From contig NZ_LT906458.1 in NCBI RefSeq assembly GCF_900187275.1, forward strand, positions 510,001-542,000: a stretch of 32,000 bases of DNA, in the 5' to 3' direction. A model generated the notes under the pieces. That model was not told where the DNA came from, searched no databases, and saw only the letters and a list, made by a program, of their open reading frames with translations. The first letter of the stretch is position 1, and every line of letters starts with the position of its first letter. This DNA comes from Pasteurella multocida. GTDB lineage: Bacteria > Pseudomonadota > Gammaproteobacteria > Enterobacterales > Pasteurellaceae. Positions 27,008-32,000 of the stretch are shown one piece after another. A program made the translations under genes and the position numbers.

Positions 27008-29200
27008 ATGGTTCAATTAGTTTCACCTTCCGTGATCAATCAATTTTTTGAAGGAACGCATGCAGACCCATTTTCTGTGTTAGGGATGCATGAAACAGAG
27101 AAAGGAATTGAAATTCGCGCATTATTGCCGGATGCGAGCCGTGTGGTTGTGATTGACAGGGAAACGCATAACGCCGTTTGCGAATTAGAGCACGTCGATG
27201 AACGCGGTTTCTTTGCCGCGGTCATACCGAAAACAAGAACGTTTTTTGCCTATCAGTTACAGGTTTTTTGGGGCGCTGAATCACAATTTATTGAAGATCC
27301 TTACCGTTTCCATCCGATGCTGGCAGATTTAGACAATTGGCTGTTGAGTGAAGGATCGCATTTACGTCCTTATGAAGTGCTTGGTGCGCATTTTATGGAA
27401 TGTGATGGCGTGTCTGGGGTGAATTTCCGTTTATGGGCACCAAATGCAAAACGTGTTTCGATTGTGGGCGATTTTAACTATTGGGATGGGCGTCGCCACC
27501 CAATGCGTTTTCATCAAAAGAGCGGTGTGTGGGAACTGTTTTTACCGAAAGCCTCATTGGGTCAACTGTATAAATTTGAATTGATAGACTGTCATGGTCA
27601 GTTACGCTTAAAAGCGGATCCTTATGCCTTTAGTTCACAACTGCGTCCTGATACGGCCTCACAAATTAGCGCGTTACCCGAAATTGTGCCAATGACAGAA
27701 CAACGTCGTAAAGCGAATCAATTTGATCAACCTATTTCGATTTATGAAGTCCACCTTGGTTCGTGGCGTCGCAATTTAGAAAATAATTTTTGGTTGGATT
27801 ATGATCAAATTGCCGATGAGCTCATTCCTTATGTGAAAGAGATGGGCTTTACTCACATTGAATTTTTACCGATTTCTGAATTTCCATTTGATGGTTCTTG
27901 GGGCTATCAACCCTTGGGGCTGTACTCGCCAACTAGTCGGTTTGGTACGGCAGAAGGCTTTAAGCGTTTAATTGAAAAAGCACACCAAGCTGGGATCAAT
28001 GTTATTTTAGACTGGGTACCCGGTCATTTCCCAAGTGATACTCACGGCTTAGCGGCATTTGATGGCACGGCGCTTTATGAACATGCTGATCCGCGTGAAG
28101 GCTACCACCAAGATTGGAATACCTTAATTTATAACTATGGACGTAATGAAGTGCGTAACTTTTTATCCAGCAATGCACTTTATTGGTTAGAACGTTTTGG
28201 CTTAGATGGTATTCGGGTGGATGCCGTTGCTTCGATGATTTATCGTGATTATAGCCGTGCCGAAGGAGAGTGGATTCCAAACCAATACGGTGGACGTGAA
28301 AATTTAGAAGCCATTGAATTTTTAAAACACACTAACTGGAAAATTGATTCTGAAGTACAAGGCGCGATTTCGATTGCTGAAGAATCGACATCTTTTGCAG
28401 GCGTTACCAAGCCGTCCACAGAAGGGGGGCTAGGATTCCACTTTAAATGGAATATGGGCTGGATGAATGACACCTTATCTTACATGCAAAAAGATCCGGT
28501 GTATCGTCAATATCACCACGATCAAATGACTTTTGGTATGGTGTATCAATACAGCGAAAATTTTGTGTTACCGCTATCCCACGATGAAGTGGTACACGGT
28601 AAATGTTCTTTACTCGGTAAAATGCCGGGCGATGCGTGGCAAAAATTTGCTAACTTGCGCGCTTATTATGGTTATATGTGGGGCTATCCGGGTAAAAAAT
28701 TGCTCTTTATGGGCAATGAATTTGCGCAAGGGCGCGAATGGAATTATCAAGAAAGCCTCGATTGGTTTTTACTGGAAGAAGAACACGGTGGGCGATGGCA
28801 TCAAGGCGTGCAATTGTTAGTGAAAGATCTCAATCATATTTATCAACAACATGCCTCGTTATTTGAACTCGACGGCTCGCCAGAAGGATTTGACTGGTTA
28901 GTGGTTGATGATCGTCAAAACTCGGTGTTTGCCTTTGAACGCCGCAGTAAAGACGGAGAGCGAATTATTGTCGTGAGTAACTTCACGCCAGTACCACGTC
29001 ATGATTATCGTTTTGGCGTCAATATGGCGGGTAACTATGTGGAAATCTTAAACACAGATTCGGCATTTTATCAGGGGTCGAATGTTGGTAATTACGGTGA
29101 AGTAGGCAGTGAAGCGATTCCAAGCCATGCGCGAGCACAATCAATTTGTGTATCTATTCCGCCACTCGCCACGATTTATTTGAAATATCAAGGGGAATAA
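27008..29200 (+). CDS. glgB: 1,4-alpha-glucan branching enzyme
   Basis: 730-aa ORF with GH13 motifs ([36 protein letters not shown]), collinear with E. coli GlgB. Confidence 0.97.
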
Positions 29201-29273
29201 CGGTGCGTGATAGGCTGTCCTATTCCATATATAAGCAGTCAAAATGTGTAGTCAAAGTGATAATGTTGTACAA

Positions 29274-31262
29274 ATGAATACGATCAAAAGTGGGAAACCC
29301 TCTCCGTTGGGGTGTTCAAAACAAACGGAAGAAGGGCAAGACGGCTATAACTTCGCGCTTTTTTCTCAAGCTGCGCGACGAGTTGAGTTGTGTTTGTTCA
29401 GCGAAGGGCAAGAGCGACGGGTTGATTTACAACCAAGTGATGATGGGATTTGGCATATTTGGTTGAGCGATGTGTCTGTTGGGACAGAATATGCTTATCG
29501 AATTTCGGGTAAAACTGACCGCACTTTAGCGAACCCGAATAAGTTGATGCTTGATCCCTATGCTAAAGCGGTTGTGGGCAAACCGGATCTGAGTACAGCG
29601 GAAAAACGTGCTTGGTTTGATCTTAATGACCCTCGAGATAACGCACATCTTGCGCCGAAGGCAGTTATTATAGATGAGGCCTTTGATTGGCAAGGAGATA
29701 AACCACTACGAACCCCTTGGGCACAAACAGTGATTTATGAAATGCATGTCAAAGGCTTTAGCCAATTACGTGAAGATTTACCTGAAGCCTTGCGAGGGAC
29801 TTATACGGGTTTAGCACATCCTAATATGATTGCGTATTTGCAAGACTTAGGCGTGACAGCAGTCGAGCTATTACCAGTTCAATATCAAGCGGATGAAGTG
29901 CATTTACAAGAAAAAGGTTTAGCCAATTATTGGGGGTATAACCCATTAGCGATGTTTGCGCTAGAACCTCGTTATAGCTCACAGCACAGCAGTATGGGCG
30001 CATTGAATGAGTTTAAAACGATGGTTAAAGCATTACATCAAGCGGGTATCGAAGTAATTTTGGATGTCGTGTTTAACCATACAGCTGAGTCAGAAAAGTA
30101 TTTCCCGACGTTCAGTCAGCGTGGCATTGATGATGAAACTTACTATTGGCAAGACGCACAAGGACATTATCACAATTGGACGGGCTGCGGTAATACACTT
30201 AATTTGTCACAGCCGATCACGCGTCGTTGGGTGCTAGATTGTTTATGCTATTGGGTTGAGGCTTGCCATGTAGACGGTTTTCGTTTTGATTTAGGTTCAG
30301 TACTTGGGCGTGAGGGAGAAGGGGGCTTTAACCCACAAGCACAATTATTTGCCGATATTCAAGCAGAACCTCGCTTACAAGGCTGCAAATTGATTGCTGA
30401 ACCTTGGGATATTGGTGATTTTGGCTATCAAATGGGTAACTTCCCCGCTTATTTTGCTGAATGGAATGATCGTTTTCGTGATGATGTGACGCGTTTTTGG
30501 TTGTGGAAGAGTGGTGAAAGTGGTGCATTTGCACAACGTTTAGCGGGGTCAAGTGATTTATTCCAACAAACCCGCCAAGTACACAATTCGATTAATTTCA
30601 TTACCGCACATGATGGTTTTACTTTACGTGATTTAGTCAGTTATAACGAGAAACACAATTGGGCAAATGGTGAAAATAACCGAGATGGGCGTAATCACAA
30701 TTACAGTTATAACCATGGTGTTGAAGGGATCGACAATGTGCCAAGTGCGGTAGAAAATGGGCGTCTTTTAAGTAGCATTGCCTTATTGATGAATTTACTC
30801 TTAGCAAATGGCACGCCGATGCTCCTTGCGGGGGACGAATTTGGCAATTCTCAGTTTGGTAATAATAATGCCTATTGCCAAGATAATGAAATTGCTTGGC
30901 TTAAATGGCAAGATTTTAATCCCGTATTATTTAATGCGACTAAGCAAACGATTGCATTGCGAAAACAAATAGCGAGTTTACAACAAGACTGTTGGTGGTC
31001 TGAGGTAAATGTGCAATGGCTCAATACAAAAGGGGAGCCAATGACAATCGCGGATTGGCATAATCAAGAAAGCAAAGCCTTACAAGTGCTTTTAGATAAC
31101 AAATGGCTTTTTTTGATTAATGCGAAACAAAAATTACAAACTTTTTCGTTACCAGAAGGTGATTGGGAAGTTATGTATTGTGCAACAAACTTAACCACTC
31201 AAGGCGGTTTTATCGAGTTGGATGATGTCACTTTTGGTGTGTTGCAACAGTTAAATAAGTAG
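29274..31262 (+). CDS. glgX: Glycogen debranching enzyme
   Basis: GH13 debrancher motifs (ILDVVFNHT, GFRFDLG, AEPWD, FITAHDGFTL). Start is placed at ATG 29274 because MNTIKSGKPSPLG aligns with the E. coli GlgX N-terminus MTQLAIGKPAPLG. ATG 29244 remains possible. Confidence 0.92.
   Translation: MNTIKSGKPSPLGCSKQTEEGQDGYNFALFSQAARRVELCLFSEGQERRVDLQPSDDGIWHIWLSDVSVGTEYAYRISGKTDRTLANPNKLMLDPYAKAVVGKPDLSTAEKRAWFDLNDPRDNAHLAPKAVIIDEAFDWQGDKPLRTPWAQTVIYEMHVKGFSQLREDLPEALRGTYTGLAHPNMIAYLQDLGVTAVELLPVQYQADEVHLQEKGLANYWGYNPLAMFALEPRYSSQHSSMGALNEFKTMVKALHQAGIEVILDVVFNHTAESEKYFPTFSQRGIDDETYYWQDAQGHYHNWTGCGNTLNLSQPITRRWVLDCLCYWVEACHVDGFRFDLGSVLGREGEGGFNPQAQLFADIQAEPRLQGCKLIAEPWDIGDFGYQMGNFPAYFAEWNDRFRDDVTRFWLWKSGESGAFAQRLAGSSDLFQQTRQVHNSINFITAHDGFTLRDLVSYNEKHNWANGENNRDGRNHNYSYNHGVEGIDNVPSAVENGRLLSSIALLMNLLLANGTPMLLAGDEFGNSQFGNNNAYCQDNEIAWLKWQDFNPVLFNATKQTIALRKQIASLQQDCWWSEVNVQWLNTKGEPMTIADWHNQESKALQVLLDNKWLFLINAKQKLQTFSLPEGDWEVMYCATNLTTQGGFIELDDVTFGVLQQLNK
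29518..29526 (-). repeat. Uptake signal sequence core (ACCGCACTT on the plus strand)
   Basis: Exact 9-mer inside glgX. Confidence 0.9.
30743..30751 (+). repeat. Uptake signal sequence core AAGTGCGGT
   Basis: Exact 9-mer inside glgX. Confidence 0.9.
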
Positions 31263-31334
31263 TAATTATATGTAAACAATAATAAGGGTTGTTGATATGA
31301 GGTTGTGCAACGTTACCCAATAATGGAGGTCATT

Positions 31335-32000
31335 ATGAATAGTAGCATTGTAAAATTGCCTAATAAATATGAGTTAGTGAAAGATACGTTAGTCTTAATT
31401 CTGGCAGGGGGTCGGGGGTCTCGCCTGTATGAGTTGACGGATAAACGTGCAAAACCAGCACTGTATTTCGGGGGGAATCGTCGGATTATCGATTTTGCAT
31501 TATCAAATTGCTTAAATTCAGGTTTAAACCGCATTGGTGTCGTGACACAATATGCGGCGCATTCTTTGCTACGTCATTTACAAAACGGTTGGTCATTCTT
31601 ACCCGCTGAGCGCGGCGAATTTATTGATATGTTACCTGCGCGTCAGCAGATTGATGATTCAACGTGGTACCGTGGTACGGCCGATGCGGTTTATCAAAAT
31701 ATGGCGATCATTCGTGATCATTACTGCCCTAAATATATCCTGATTTTGGCTGGGGATCATATTTACAAACAAGATTATAGCCAAATGTTATTGGATCACA
31801 TTCATAGTGGCGCAAAATGTACAGTCGGTTGTATTGAAGTTGAACGTGAAAAAGCCACGGAATTTGGTGTGATGGCAGTGAATGAAAACTTAAAAGTGAA
31901 GTCATTTGTGGAAAAACCAAAAGATCCACCAGCGATGGTCGGTAAACCAAACACTTCACTCGCCTCCATGGGGATTTATGTGTTTGATGCGGATTATCTT
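31335..32000 (+). CDS. glgC: Glucose-1-phosphate adenylyltransferase, 5' portion (runs off the window end)
   Basis: It is absent from the ORF track because no stop is reached. ATG 31335 follows GGAGGT. Translation [59 protein letters not shown]... is the canonical GlgC N-terminus. 222 in-frame codons reach base 32000. Confidence 0.95.
   Translation, partial: MNSSIVKLPNKYELVKDTLVLILAGGRGSRLYELTDKRAKPALYFGGNRRIIDFALSNCLNSGLNRIGVVTQYAAHSLLRHLQNGWSFLPAERGEFIDMLPARQQIDDSTWYRGTADAVYQNMAIIRDHYCPKYILILAGDHIYKQDYSQMLLDHIHSGAKCTVGCIEVEREKATEFGVMAVNENLKVKSFVEKPKDPPAMVGKPNTSLASMGIYVFDADYL

Overview
This window looks like core chromosome from a Pasteurellaceae genome of the Haemophilus type. It carries 13 perfect copies of the Hin-type uptake signal core AAGTGCGGT/ACCGCACTT, is AT-rich by eye, and its proteins closely resemble Haemophilus and E. 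coli housekeeping proteins as I recall them. Gene order: recD (3' end), grxB, a yegP-family gene, rplM-rpsI and sspA-sspB; then minus-strand kdsD-kdsC, plus-strand RNase P RNA (rnpB), minus-strand cutC and a NodT/TolC-type outer-membrane lipoprotein. These are followed by glnS, an alanine/glycine:cation symporter, an overlapping GNAT acetyltransferase / P-loop kinase pair, and minus-strand xseB-ispA-dxs. Next come minus-strand torY-torZ (periplasmic molybdenum S-/N-oxide reductase plus pentahaem quinol dehydrogenase) behind a perfect FNR box, thiI, an acidic YciU/HI1450-type DNA-mimic protein, msrP-msrQ and ycgN. The window ends with the glycogen operon malQ-glgB-glgX-glgC, with glgC cut by the window end. 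I found no transposase, integrase, phage gene, CRISPR array or recognisable defence gene, and all large ORFs are intact. I do not see convincing evidence for a novel multi-gene system. The best follow-up candidates are (1) the translationally overlapping GNAT / Pnk-CPT-like kinase pair of unknown substrate; (2) two unusually long unexplained intergenic regions (OMF-glnS and ycgN-malQ), the first with an orphan terminator and a small hydrophobic ORF; (3) a structured rplM leader with mutually exclusive hairpins; (4) a textbook class II FNR promoter for torYZ. All calls rest on reading the sequence and recalling protein families; no searches were run.
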